The translations under genes were made by a program, and so were the position numbers. Under the pieces are notes generated by a model, which was given only the letters and a program-made list of their open reading frames with translations, ran no database searches and was not told the origin of the DNA. 64,000 bases of DNA. It comes from a virus. Below, one piece after another: positions 18,979 through 28,971 of this stretch. The stretch lies in IMG/VR virus record IMGVR_UViG_3300021964_007043; one strand, 5' to 3'. The first letter of the stretch is position 1, and every line of letters starts with the position of its first letter.

Positions 18979-21048
18979 ATGAGCGTAAATGTATTGATCT
19001 CCCAGCCAAACCTTTATGACTCAAAAGTGTTTATGCCTTTGGTATTCCTCTGCCTTAAAACATATACTGATCTACAAGATGATATTGAACCGGTAAACTG
19101 GTTAGATCCTTTATTCCGGAATACTGATGTAGATACTATGTTAAATGGAGTAGACATTGAGTCGATAGATGTGCTAGGACTAAGTTGTTATGATTGGAAC
19201 TGGAGTCTTAACTTACAAATAGCAAAAAGGGTAAAGGATGCTAACCCTGGATGTTTAGTTGTAGCTGGAGGACCTCATCCCGATTGGAAAGATCAAAGTA
19301 TATTTTTAAAGCATCCTCAAATAGATGCTATTGTTTATAATGACGGCGAAAAACCGTTTGCAGATGTAATAAGATGTGTACAACAAGGAAAGTCATTAGA
19401 TACTGTAAATAATTTAATACTGCCTCATACAAAAACTCCTGCGAGTTCTTTATTTAAAGATTTTGAAGTTAGTCCTTGGCTACAAAATAAAGAATGGATC
19501 TTAAAGTTTAAAGAAAAATACATAGACAATGGCCTTAACAAACAGTTTACATTATTATGGGAAACTGATAGGGGATGTCCTTTTAAATGTAGTTTTTGTG
19601 ATTGGGGGAGTGCTACTAACAGTAAAGTAAGAAGATTTCCAGATGATAGAATAGCACAAGAAATAGATTTTTTTACAAACGATCTTAACGTCGATGTGTT
19701 GTATCACGTCGGAGCAAATCTAGGAATACTTCCTAGAGATTTAGATTTTGTTAGACATATATGTGAAAAGAAAAAAGAAACAGGGTATCCAAAAAGTTTT
19801 CAGTATAGTACAAGTAAAAATACACCCGAACGTACAGTTGAAATAGCAAAGTTACTATATGACGCAAAACTTTTAAAGAAGCATGTAGTTAGTTTACAGC
19901 ATACAGTACAAGATGTTTTAGATTGTATTGATCGTTATAATATCCCAGTTAAAAGACAGATACCGATGATACAAGAACTAAACAAAAATAAAATGCCTTG
20001 TATTAGTCAAATGATAATGGGAATGCCTGGCGATAGATATGAACTATGGATTAAAGCTCTTACAGATACTTTAGAATGGGGAATACATTATGAATGTAGG
20101 ATATATGATTTTCAGTTGTTACCTAACTCTCCAGCAGCACAACCTGATTATATGGAAAAATGGAATATAGGAACTAGAACCAGATACCATTTTATAAATG
20201 GATATCATAAAATGCTTGAACAATCGCATGCATTAGATCCCCATTCGACAGAGTTTATAGTTAGCACAAGTACATATACATTAGATGACTGGCTGGAAAT
20301 GAAAGTCTTTGGAAAAATTTTTATGGCTTTACATGGAGGAAGCATTTCGAAATGGGCAAGTATGTTTTGTAGAAATACCCTTGGAGTTTCTTACTACGAT
20401 TTTTATAAAGATATTTATGAAAACTTTTTTAAAAATAAAAAATACAAGTGTGCCTATTCTATTTTTGAAGAAGGATATTTACATTTTAAAAACTTTCTAC
20501 ACGATGACAGTGCAACAGATGAAATAAAAATACCTGCATTAAAGAATGGAAGATATTATCAACTAGAAGAATATGTTTTATGGAATTGTTTATACAACGA
20601 GGAATATAACTTGAATCAAGATTTTTGGAATGAGTTTGAAACATATATTTTAGAAACATATGAAGATCCGTTGTTAAAAGATTTAATAAACTTTAACAAA
20701 AATATGTTGCTTACATTAGACTATAACCATAGAAAAGGAAAAGAAATACTTTGCACTCACGATTGGTTTGAGTATTTAGAATATTGTACATGGAACTGTG
20801 CAGATAATACTGAAGAAGATTTTAATATTGAAGAAACACTAATACCAAAACCAAAAGAGTTTGATAGTCCTAAAGTCTGGCTTACAAAAGATTGTAAACT
20901 AGGTGCATTTCCAATGGGCCCAAATCAGGACACTACATGGTCAAATAAAGAAGGCGAAGAAAAAATAACAATGTTTGTAAACAGCATATTGGCACCAACA
21001 TATATGAGAGGAACAAGAACAGTGTTTAACAGGGGAAGCTATGTTTAA
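18979..21048 (+). CDS. Cobalamin-binding (class B) radical SAM protein
   Basis: DVLGLSCYDWN, AGGPH, ETDRGCPFKCSFCDWG. Confidence 0.9.
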   Translation: MSVNVLISQPNLYDSKVFMPLVFLCLKTYTDLQDDIEPVNWLDPLFRNTDVDTMLNGVDIESIDVLGLSCYDWNWSLNLQIAKRVKDANPGCLVVAGGPHPDWKDQSIFLKHPQIDAIVYNDGEKPFADVIRCVQQGKSLDTVNNLILPHTKTPASSLFKDFEVSPWLQNKEWILKFKEKYIDNGLNKQFTLLWETDRGCPFKCSFCDWGSATNSKVRRFPDDRIAQEIDFFTNDLNVDVLYHVGANLGILPRDLDFVRHICEKKKETGYPKSFQYSTSKNTPERTVEIAKLLYDAKLLKKHVVSLQHTVQDVLDCIDRYNIPVKRQIPMIQELNKNKMPCISQMIMGMPGDRYELWIKALTDTLEWGIHYECRIYDFQLLPNSPAAQPDYMEKWNIGTRTRYHFINGYHKMLEQSHALDPHSTEFIVSTSTYTLDDWLEMKVFGKIFMALHGGSISKWASMFCRNTLGVSYYDFYKDIYENFFKNKKYKCAYSIFEEGYLHFKNFLHDDSATDEIKIPALKNGRYYQLEEYVLWNCLYNEEYNLNQDFWNEFETYILETYEDPLLKDLINFNKNMLLTLDYNHRKGKEILCTHDWFEYLEYCTWNCADNTEEDFNIEETLIPKPKEFDSPKVWLTKDCKLGAFPMGPNQDTTWSNKEGEEKITMFVNSILAPTYMRGTRTVFNRGSYV

Positions 21049-21697
21049 TTGGAACAACTGCATTTTTTATAAAGAACCATTTAACTACATTGTCTGTGAT
21101 AACTTTTTACAAGATTATTCAGATGACTTGTTTCCTAATACAAAATGGACAGAAAAATACCTTAGTAAAAGAGAAAATGAAGTTACTAAAGGTATAAGTG
21201 CTATACACAGTCTAGACATTATAGAAGGAAAAACAAAAGATCTTCTAGAGTCTATTTTAAGTCAACAGTTTTTTGATCAAGTTTGCAAACTTTTAAAAAT
21301 ACCTTTATTAGGAGAAACTACAAATGTAAGAAGATCAAACGGTGAATATAGAATAGCAAGAGAAGCAATGTTTGTCGAAAACTACAAAACTAACGAAAAT
21401 ATCTTAGAACCTCACTACGATAGCGAAGTCACTATATGGACAGGATTGTTATATTTCGTAGATAGCCAATATGGAACCTTTAATATACACGATAGTAATA
21501 AAGACATTGTAAAAACTATAAATGTCAAACGTAACAGATTAATATTAACGGAAAATAGTAATAAGTCTTGGCACAGTGTAAGCCAATGGTTAGAAAACTA
21601 TCCTAGAAGAAGTATATATACTACAGCAGAATTTAAAAACTTTGGTAGAGACAAGGATAGAAAGCCTATAGGAGCAACAGAAACATGGATAAAGTAG
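21041..21697 (+). CDS. 2OG-Fe(II) oxygenase (prolyl-hydroxylase-like)
   Basis: EPHYD (HxD), WHSV, and the 2OG-binding R in PRRS. Confidence 0.75.
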   Translation: MFNWNNCIFYKEPFNYIVCDNFLQDYSDDLFPNTKWTEKYLSKRENEVTKGISAIHSLDIIEGKTKDLLESILSQQFFDQVCKLLKIPLLGETTNVRRSNGEYRIAREAMFVENYKTNENILEPHYDSEVTIWTGLLYFVDSQYGTFNIHDSNKDIVKTINVKRNRLILTENSNKSWHSVSQWLENYPRRSIYTTAEFKNFGRDKDRKPIGATETWIK

Positions 21698-22389
21698 CAG
21701 AATACGGACTTTACGATTATGAAAAATATTCATTTGACGATTTAATACAAAAATACGATATTGGTATTGATTGTCAAAGAATGGTAAAAGACTTTAATAT
21801 GTTACTACCTGAAATGGATAAGATGGGTTGGTGGTCTGTAGGCAAGCAAAAGCATCAAGCACAGTTTGCAATACAATGTAGACCATATTCTGATAATCCT
21901 TACTATGAAAGTTGCGGGCCTCAACCAGATCTTGCAAAAGACCATTTAGGAAACCCTTTGACTGAAGGAAGTTATAATCAAATAAATGAACTTTTCAAAG
22001 GATCTTATTTTGAAGAAATAATAAAAATGTTTCCATTTGAGGTAACACGAGTAAGATTTGTGCGTCTTAGCTCTAAAGCATGTTATAGATTTCATAGAGA
22101 TATGACGTTTAAGTTTCATATACCTATTCTCACAAATCCTAGTAATATAATGATCTGGCCAGAACAAAGTCATAGATTGATTGTACATATGCCTGCTGAT
22201 GGACACATATATTTTACTGAAACAGCAATACCACATACAGCATTAAATGGAGGCGCTGATTATAGATATCATATTGTGTTAAGTTCTATAGTTGATAGGA
22301 CTTCTCTTTTTAACAGTTTATCAAATTATAAAAAAGATTTTGATTCTAGTAACTTTCCTAGTCTAGATCCGGAGGGTAAATGGAAGTAG
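21685..22389 (+). CDS. AspH-like Fe(II)/2OG oxygenase
   Basis: RVRFVRL...YRFHRD...FHIPILTN...HTALNGG..YRYHIV. Confidence 0.75.
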   Translation: MDKVAEYGLYDYEKYSFDDLIQKYDIGIDCQRMVKDFNMLLPEMDKMGWWSVGKQKHQAQFAIQCRPYSDNPYYESCGPQPDLAKDHLGNPLTEGSYNQINELFKGSYFEEIIKMFPFEVTRVRFVRLSSKACYRFHRDMTFKFHIPILTNPSNIMIWPEQSHRLIVHMPADGHIYFTETAIPHTALNGGADYRYHIVLSSIVDRTSLFNSLSNYKKDFDSSNFPSLDPEGKWK

Positions 22390-23849
22390 TTATACTTTCT
22401 GATGTCTATGCTGAAGGTTGGATTAGAGCAGCAGGAGCATACAGACTTGCCACTGAGCTTAGAAAGCACGGTTATTCTACACAAGTGATCGATTTTTGTA
22501 GCAGATTAACTGAAAATGAAGCACGAAAAGTTTTTGACAAGTTTATTACTAGCGAAACAAAACTAGTAGGTGTAAGTAATACATTTATGCACAATGAAGG
22601 ACACAAGATATTTGACCAAGATTGGATGTTTAGTCTTTTACAAGAGTACAAAGACAAGTACAATGTAAAGTTTGCTATAGGAGGTAATAGAGGCGGTATT
22701 GGACATTATAGCAAAGCAGCAAAATCATTGTTTGATATTTTAGTTGCTGGATTTGCTGACAAAGCAATCATAGAAATAGCTGAAGCGTGTCGTAAAGATG
22801 ATTTAACTTTGTTGAAATCAAAAAAGTTTAACGATAAACAGATACTAGTAGATTGCAAGTTTGAATATGTATACGATGATTTTCAAAACAGTCAAATTAT
22901 TTGGGAAAAACAAGATTGTATTTTTCCAGGCGAAGCATTACCAATAGAAACTGCAAGAGGATGTATTTTTAGATGTAGCTTTTGTTTCTTTCCTGGTAAT
23001 GGAAAACGTGGCACAAACGATTACATGAAAAATAAAGATATACTCCGGCAAGAACTTCTGCGTAACTATGAAATGTTTGGAACTACAGTCTACGATATAA
23101 TGGATGATTTGTTAAATGATAGTCCAGAAAAATGTGAGTTTGTTCATGATGTTTTTACAAGTCTTCCTTTCAAAATAAAATACGGAGCGTATGCAAGAGC
23201 AGATCTTTTAATAAGCCAGCCACAAACTTTGTCGTTACTAGAAGAAAGTGGTTGTATTGGAATGCAGTTTGGTATAGAAACATTAAACAAACAATCAGGC
23301 GCAGCAATCGGAAAGGGTATGGGCCGACAGAAAACTATTGAAGGTTTACATTGGGTTAAAGAAAATGCAGATATAAGTTTGGGAAGCGGATTTATTATGG
23401 GACTGCCTTTTGAAAGTTTAGAAAGCATGAGAGAAACAATTGAATGGTTAGATAGCCCTACATGTCCATTAGATAATAAAGAAGTATATGCACTAAGTAT
23501 TCCTAGTTTGAAAAGTCATTTTGATCACAGTAAACTAATGGTAGATCCGGTTAAATATGGATACAAGGATTTAGAACCTGATAATGAACATAAAATGATT
23601 TGGGATAACGGATATATAAACTGGTATCAAGCTGAAGAACTTAAAAAAGAATGTTTAGAAAGATTTAGAAAACACAATCATTTTAATGCACATCAGTTAG
23701 CACGGGTTTACAATACTGGATCAAGTATGGATTATATTTTAAAAACTCCGGCTGCAATGTTTAGAAAAGAAAATCCTAGTATTAAACCAGGAAGTGATAA
23801 ACTTAAAAGTTTAAAAGAAAAATATTTAGAGATGCTATATGAGTTATAA
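22380..23849 (+). CDS. Cobalamin-binding radical SAM protein
   Basis: GAYRLATELRKHG, IGG, ETARGCIFRCSFC, FGIETL, GFIMGLP. Confidence 0.85.
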   Translation: MEVVILSDVYAEGWIRAAGAYRLATELRKHGYSTQVIDFCSRLTENEARKVFDKFITSETKLVGVSNTFMHNEGHKIFDQDWMFSLLQEYKDKYNVKFAIGGNRGGIGHYSKAAKSLFDILVAGFADKAIIEIAEACRKDDLTLLKSKKFNDKQILVDCKFEYVYDDFQNSQIIWEKQDCIFPGEALPIETARGCIFRCSFCFFPGNGKRGTNDYMKNKDILRQELLRNYEMFGTTVYDIMDDLLNDSPEKCEFVHDVFTSLPFKIKYGAYARADLLISQPQTLSLLEESGCIGMQFGIETLNKQSGAAIGKGMGRQKTIEGLHWVKENADISLGSGFIMGLPFESLESMRETIEWLDSPTCPLDNKEVYALSIPSLKSHFDHSKLMVDPVKYGYKDLEPDNEHKMIWDNGYINWYQAEELKKECLERFRKHNHFNAHQLARVYNTGSSMDYILKTPAAMFRKENPSIKPGSDKLKSLKEKYLEMLYEL

Positions 23850-25404
23850 AGTTACACATATACCTAAAAATCAAGATATAGTAATAGCTACTGTTCCTAG
23901 CATTGAGTTACGACCTCCTATTGGACCTGCACGTATAAAAGCATATCTTAATACAGTAAACTTAAAATGTTATAATATTGACCTAAACCTCGACTTGTGG
24001 CACAGGCTTCAAAAAGACAAAGAGTTTTTTCAAAGTGACGAAGACCGATTTTGGGAAGGCAGCGACAAATGGCAGTTATGGCAAGATAAAATGATGTTTG
24101 ATGATTTTTATGAAGTTACTCTTGGTAATATTGTAGAAGAATGGACTGATATTATTGTTGAAGCAAACCCAAAGTTTTTTGGTATTAGTGTACACTTTTT
24201 ACGAAGCCAGATGACAGCAAAAAGATTACTAGAAAGTTTGAAACGTAAAGCTCCTCATATACAAACTGTATTAGGTGGTAGCGCCGCAGAACATTTTGGC
24301 CTTGAACTTGGTTGGGATATTTTAGATTGGATTATTGTTGGAGAAGGCGAACGTGGCGTAGAAATGCTTATAAACAATGATATTAATCTTATACCTAACG
24401 GAGTATATAATAAACATACATATGACCCTAACTGGCAACTAGAAGCCCCCCGCACACCTAAAGTAGATATTACGGCAGTACCTTATCCAGACTATAGCGA
24501 TTTTATTTTTAATGCTTATCCTAAAGATGCATATGAAGTAGCAGAAGATACAATGGGAGTTGCTAGTTTGTTTATTGAAGGAACACGTAGTTGTGTTTTT
24601 GATTGTAAGTTTTGTAATGTAAGAGGTGAGTTTGGTGTATATAGAGCAAGAGACGGAAAAGCTATTGCTACAGAAATGATATATTATTATGAACAATACG
24701 GTGTATTAGATTTTGTATTTGTTGATAATATATTAAATGGTGTATTAAAAAATCTAAATGAAATGGTAGATGTATTACTAGAATACCAAAATATCCATAA
24801 TATAAAGTTTGCATGGACTGCTTATTTTGCTATTAGAGCTAAAAAACAAATGCCGCCGGAGATGTGGGATAAACTTAGAGCCAGCGGTTTACATCATATT
24901 AAACTAGGTATCGAAAGTGGTAGTACTGCTACGCTAAAAGAAATGGATAAAAAATATACCAAAGAAGATTTGTTGTATTGTATGGAGCAATGTCATAGAG
25001 TTGGTATTACTACAAGAAGTATGTATTTTGTAGGCTATCCTACAGAAAGCGAAGAAGAGTTTCAAGATACATTAGATACTATTGAAAAACTAAAACCTTA
25101 TGATGATATTTTAAAGCCGTTATATATAGGTGTATTGATGCGTGTTAAGCCTAATACAAGAGCCAAAGATGAATATGTTTCAAAAGGATATCTTAAAAAG
25201 GATCAAAGATTCCCCAAAGGTTGGCCTTTTAGAATGTATTGGATTTATGATGATGGTAAAGTTTATAATGATTTAGAAGTTCGTGTAAGAAGACACAAGC
25301 AACTTGCTTCGAGATGTAAAGAGTTAGGTTTTAAGTATTTCGACGATCCTATGCAGTTTGAACTACCAAAACTAGAAAAAGAAATAAAAACTTATATAAA
25401 ATGA
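23839..25404 (+). CDS. Cobalamin-binding radical SAM protein
   Basis: PPIGPARIKAYL, VLGG, EGTRSCVFDCKFC, GIESGS, FVGYPTE. Confidence 0.85.
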   Translation: MSYKVTHIPKNQDIVIATVPSIELRPPIGPARIKAYLNTVNLKCYNIDLNLDLWHRLQKDKEFFQSDEDRFWEGSDKWQLWQDKMMFDDFYEVTLGNIVEEWTDIIVEANPKFFGISVHFLRSQMTAKRLLESLKRKAPHIQTVLGGSAAEHFGLELGWDILDWIIVGEGERGVEMLINNDINLIPNGVYNKHTYDPNWQLEAPRTPKVDITAVPYPDYSDFIFNAYPKDAYEVAEDTMGVASLFIEGTRSCVFDCKFCNVRGEFGVYRARDGKAIATEMIYYYEQYGVLDFVFVDNILNGVLKNLNEMVDVLLEYQNIHNIKFAWTAYFAIRAKKQMPPEMWDKLRASGLHHIKLGIESGSTATLKEMDKKYTKEDLLYCMEQCHRVGITTRSMYFVGYPTESEEEFQDTLDTIEKLKPYDDILKPLYIGVLMRVKPNTRAKDEYVSKGYLKKDQRFPKGWPFRMYWIYDDGKVYNDLEVRVRRHKQLASRCKELGFKYFDDPMQFELPKLEKEIKTYIK

Positions 25405-25940
25405 TCTTTAAAGATTTCTAAAGCTCTGTCCCATTCTAATCTTTTATCTTTTCCTTTTTCTTTCATAAAGAATGCAAAAGTGTGTCGATCTGCAGGACTA
25501 TATACACTATGGATTATTCCAGTGTTAACAAGAACACCACTTTTTACATGTGCATGATCTATTACTCTAACTTTGTCTTTATTATATGAACGAACAGTTT
25601 CATTATTTTCGCTTACATAAAAATCAAAGTTATCCGGATCATTAGGATCTTTTAACTCGTACCAGGACATAATACTTCCAACGCCGTCAAAAATAAAGTT
25701 TAATCTGACATAGTTATTAGGATAATCCATAACATCTATATGTAACGGCAGTTCAAATCCTTTAGGTATGTAAAAATAACGAGAATATTTTATTTCTAGA
25801 TTAAACTGTTCAAGCCACTTTTTTAAATCTTCGTTATGTAGCTCTTTCGGAACCTTAAGTTCTCGGTAGGTGCTTCCGGTAAATCTTTCCCAAGGAGGCT
25901 CAAAGTTAAAAGGTATTCTCAGTTGCTTGTAAGTTTTCAT
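25392..25940 (-). CDS. Cupin-fold / 2OG-type oxygenase-like protein
   Basis: LPLHID and LVNTGIIHSV...RHTF. Confidence 0.55.
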   Translation of the reverse strand: MKTYKQLRIPFNFEPPWERFTGSTYRELKVPKELHNEDLKKWLEQFNLEIKYSRYFYIPKGFELPLHIDVMDYPNNYVRLNFIFDGVGSIMSWYELKDPNDPDNFDFYVSENNETVRSYNKDKVRVIDHAHVKSGVLVNTGIIHSVYSPADRHTFAFFMKEKGKDKRLEWDRALEIFKDHFI

Positions 25941-25948
25941 TGTAAAAA

Positions 25949-25956
25949 TATTTATA
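25949..25956 (-). promoter_or_regulatory. T4 late promoter consensus TATAAATA
   Basis: Exact TATAAATA overlapping the upstream stop, 8 nt before ATG 25940. Confidence 0.65.
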
Positions 25957-26569
25957 AAAAGTACGGGTTAAAATAACTAGTTACATCGTTCCAATCGAGG
26001 AACTTTAAGTCAAATCTAAAACTTAAACTCAATCTAAAGTTATCTTTCATAAAAACAGTATGAGGAATATCAGTTCTTACCAATGTAGGTGTAGTTCCTA
26101 TGGTACATCTTTCTCCTGCTTCGGTTAAAGTTTCAATAGGCCATTCGGCATATGCACTGCCAATCATACTATATTCAACTTGTTCTCTCCAATTTTCTGG
26201 AAGATTATACCAAGTCATTTCACTTTTATCTTCAGGGTCAATAGTCCAGTTTACTGCATAAATTCTATCATTATCTCCTGTGCTGTCGTTCAAATCTATA
26301 TGAGCACCCCAGTGTTGATAGTTTTCTTCTCGATAAAAAAATATTAAACTTCTAGGTTCTAACCCTATATCTTTCATGTATTGTAACCATTCTTTTGATA
26401 TAAGATCATTTTCTTTTTTAAGGTTATAAGGATATAAAGTAGGCTCTATAAACTCTCGTGTTTTTATTTTATGTAAAAACGAATCAAAATCAAAACTATC
26501 TTTAAAACAGTTTGTATCTAAATTTAATCTATAAAAGTTTTTAATCAATGCATTAGTTCCTTCAACCAC
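25952..26569 (-). CDS. Cupin-fold / 2OG-type oxygenase-like protein
   Basis: GAHID and LVRTDIPHTV...RLSL. Tandem paralog of 25392..25940. Confidence 0.55.
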   Translation of the reverse strand: MVEGTNALIKNFYRLNLDTNCFKDSFDFDSFLHKIKTREFIEPTLYPYNLKKENDLISKEWLQYMKDIGLEPRSLIFFYREENYQHWGAHIDLNDSTGDNDRIYAVNWTIDPEDKSEMTWYNLPENWREQVEYSMIGSAYAEWPIETLTEAGERCTIGTTPTLVRTDIPHTVFMKDNFRLSLSFRFDLKFLDWNDVTSYFNPYFL

Positions 26570-26952
26570 TCAAATCTTCCATCTGTAGGTTTGCCGTTTT
26601 CAAATCTCCAGTTATGGTTATTTGACATTTTTCTTAGTTTGCCTTGATTAAACCAACAGCTTAAAAACGTTGCTAGACTTTCTTGATCCCATCTAACAGT
26701 ATAAGGTTTCGGGCTCCATGCCCTGTAAATAATATCATCCATGATAATATTTTCGCAGTCTTTTAGTTCTTTTACAAAACACCCAAAGAAAACTACTTTA
26801 TAGTCTCCTTTATATTCTTTTGCTTCCTTAGCAGTTAGTACAATACAATCTATATTGTGTTGATAAACACTATTTAAAAATGATTGTTTTGCGCTGTTAC
26901 TTGCTACTACTACTAAGTTCTTAATGCTACACAGTTGGAATGCCAAGTCCAC
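26545..26952 (-). CDS. Hypothetical protein (start uncertain)
   Basis: Fills the operon gap between the PP-loop gene and the cupin gene. Only GTG/TTG starts are available. Confidence 0.55.
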   Translation of the reverse strand: MDLAFQLCSIKNLVVVASNSAKQSFLNSVYQHNIDCIVLTAKEAKEYKGDYKVVFFGCFVKELKDCENIIMDDIIYRAWSPKPYTVRWDQESLATFLSCWFNQGKLRKMSNNHNWRFENGKPTDGRFEWLKELMH

Positions 26953-27913
26953 TTTTTGGATACCTCCATGGAATGTCTGTTAAGTCTTCGTACATTTCTC
27001 TGTACAAGTTTTTCTTTCCTTTGTAGTGGCTGGGCATATTTGTGCAAGCCTCTATAAAGTTATTTTCTGCATAAGGATGCACCCATTTTAGATCATCTTG
27101 TCCATAGTTAAATAATCTATATGCACCTTCATCTTGTAATCTACTAAACATAACTCTGTTTAAAATGTCTGGGTGTCTGTCCCATTGTGCAAATCTTTTT
27201 TTAAAGTGTTCTACACATTCTAAATAAATCTTATTTTCACTTAATGGTTTAACACTGTTTATTCGTCTGTAACTTCCGCATACATTTACATGCCAGTAAG
27301 ATAATGCTACTGGGTCGTACCCCATCATAGCAGTATATTGTAAAGACTGATTAACTTGCATTTCGCCTGTGCCTATTTCACCTGTAAATATAGTGTGGTC
27401 TTCTAGACCTAGTTCTTTTATTGCAAGTACTTTTGCTGTATATGGATTTTCAATCCAATACGGAAACTCTACTTTTGGTATAGTGTCTATTTTTACATAT
27501 TCAACATCAAGTTTCATCTGATCTGCAATTTGTTTTACTATATTACTTTCAGTTGTTGTAGATATATCACTATATAAACTTACAGGTATAAAAGGAACAT
27601 TATTTTTTATAAATGCATGTGCAAGTGCTGTACTATCTTTTCCTCCTGATAGAAATATAACGTTTTTATCAGTTGCGTATTTTTTAATGTTGTCTTCGAG
27701 TATTGCACGTAAAAAACTTGGGGCTATATCATATACTTTTTCTTTGGGTAATATTTTGTCTGAACTTTTTCTTTTAAGACCTGTTAAAGGATGCCGATTG
27801 CTTACAGTCCAGCCGCCTAGAAACTTTCTTTCTTCGTAGAAGTCTTGATTTATCTTATTAGATTCACCAACTTCAAACTCGCAATAAAAATAGTCAATAT
27901 TATTTAGGTTCAT
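26927..27913 (-). CDS. Asparagine-synthetase-like PP-loop ATPase (synthetase domain only)
   Basis: FLSGGKDS PP-loop, FTGE, WVHPY, KK.LY. No recognisable Ntn glutaminase domain. Confidence 0.7.
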   Translation of the reverse strand: MNLNNIDYFYCEFEVGESNKINQDFYEERKFLGGWTVSNRHPLTGLKRKSSDKILPKEKVYDIAPSFLRAILEDNIKKYATDKNVIFLSGGKDSTALAHAFIKNNVPFIPVSLYSDISTTTESNIVKQIADQMKLDVEYVKIDTIPKVEFPYWIENPYTAKVLAIKELGLEDHTIFTGEIGTGEMQVNQSLQYTAMMGYDPVALSYWHVNVCGSYRRINSVKPLSENKIYLECVEHFKKRFAQWDRHPDILNRVMFSRLQDEGAYRLFNYGQDDLKWVHPYAENNFIEACTNMPSHYKGKKNLYREMYEDLTDIPWRYPKSGLGIPTV

Positions 27914-28971
27914 AATTTGAAATCTTTAATGTCTAATACCTTTACAAAATCTTCAATCAGTATACGATATTTTTCTTGGAACTTAGATTGGAAATAAGGT
28001 TGCCAAAATCCCTCTTGTAGATGTGTTACATCATGTTGGACACGATAACATAAACGTTGTTTGGTATCTCCTAATCTTCGATGTAGTGTAATACTGTTAT
28101 CAAAAAACAAAAAGTCTCCTTCATTCTGGTACCAATGATCGTAAACATATTTTTCAACAAAAAGATTTTTATTGATTTCTGCAAACACTTTGTCGCTATC
28201 TTCTTTACTCATACCCTTAATGCTATATACAGTGTTTACACTATAATGCAATCCTTTAATACCACCTGGACTTTGTATTACTAAAGGTATTTCAATATCA
28301 TCTACAGGACACTGACTTGCTTTGCTTATTCTGTCCTGTTCTTCAATATATCCTGGATTAATGGCACCTTTAAGATATCTATGATGTATAATCATGTCGT
28401 CTAGCTCAGATCTAAAACTTTCACTTACGTTTTCATAGTAATCTACAGTTTGAACAAATCCTGTACTTGTTCCTTTAACACCCTCTTTAGCAAAAAGTGC
28501 AATGCCGGGTGTAAAAGCTAATGTTCCTGCTTCGTTACTGTGCCATAATAAATCACCTTCTGCAAACATACCAGTAGGATTTCCGATTTCGTCTTTTTTA
28601 CCGCTCACACGCATCATACTTCCTGATCGTGTAGGCTCTAGAACACGATCAATCGCTGCTAACAAATAATAATCATCTTCGCTAATATTAGGATCTTTTT
28701 CTCTTACTTTTTTCCATAGTTCATCGTAGTTTAAGTTATAGCGTTTAGCCATATCATATCTAACAATATCTCTATTGCCGCCAAACTTTCTAACCCATTT
28801 TTGTTGATCTTGATAATCTAAGTTAGTATTACGTATAATAACAACTAAGTTTTTTATATAAAGATCACCAATCTCCATCCATTCTTCATCTGTAATATGA
28901 TTAAAATCTACACCGTCTACAAATACTCCATAACTTCCTAATCCTGGTATTTTACTTACTTTCATATGCAT
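27910..28971 (-). CDS. TauD/TfdA-family dioxygenase
   Basis: LLWHSNE, TGFV, YDHWYQNEGDFLFFDNSITLHRR. Confidence 0.85.
   Translation of the reverse strand: MHMKVSKIPGLGSYGVFVDGVDFNHITDEEWMEIGDLYIKNLVVIIRNTNLDYQDQQKWVRKFGGNRDIVRYDMAKRYNLNYDELWKKVREKDPNISEDDYYLLAAIDRVLEPTRSGSMMRVSGKKDEIGNPTGMFAEGDLLWHSNEAGTLAFTPGIALFAKEGVKGTSTGFVQTVDYYENVSESFRSELDDMIIHHRYLKGAINPGYIEEQDRISKASQCPVDDIEIPLVIQSPGGIKGLHYSVNTVYSIKGMSKEDSDKVFAEINKNLFVEKYVYDHWYQNEGDFLFFDNSITLHRRLGDTKQRLCYRVQHDVTHLQEGFWQPYFQSKFQEKYRILIEDFVKVLDIKDFKL

Noticed and set aside
26927-27913. Calling the SGGKDS protein QueC
   Set aside because: It lacks the QueC C-terminal Zn-binding Cys cluster and looks more like an asparagine-synthetase domain. 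A functional stand-in role is kept only as a hypothesis.
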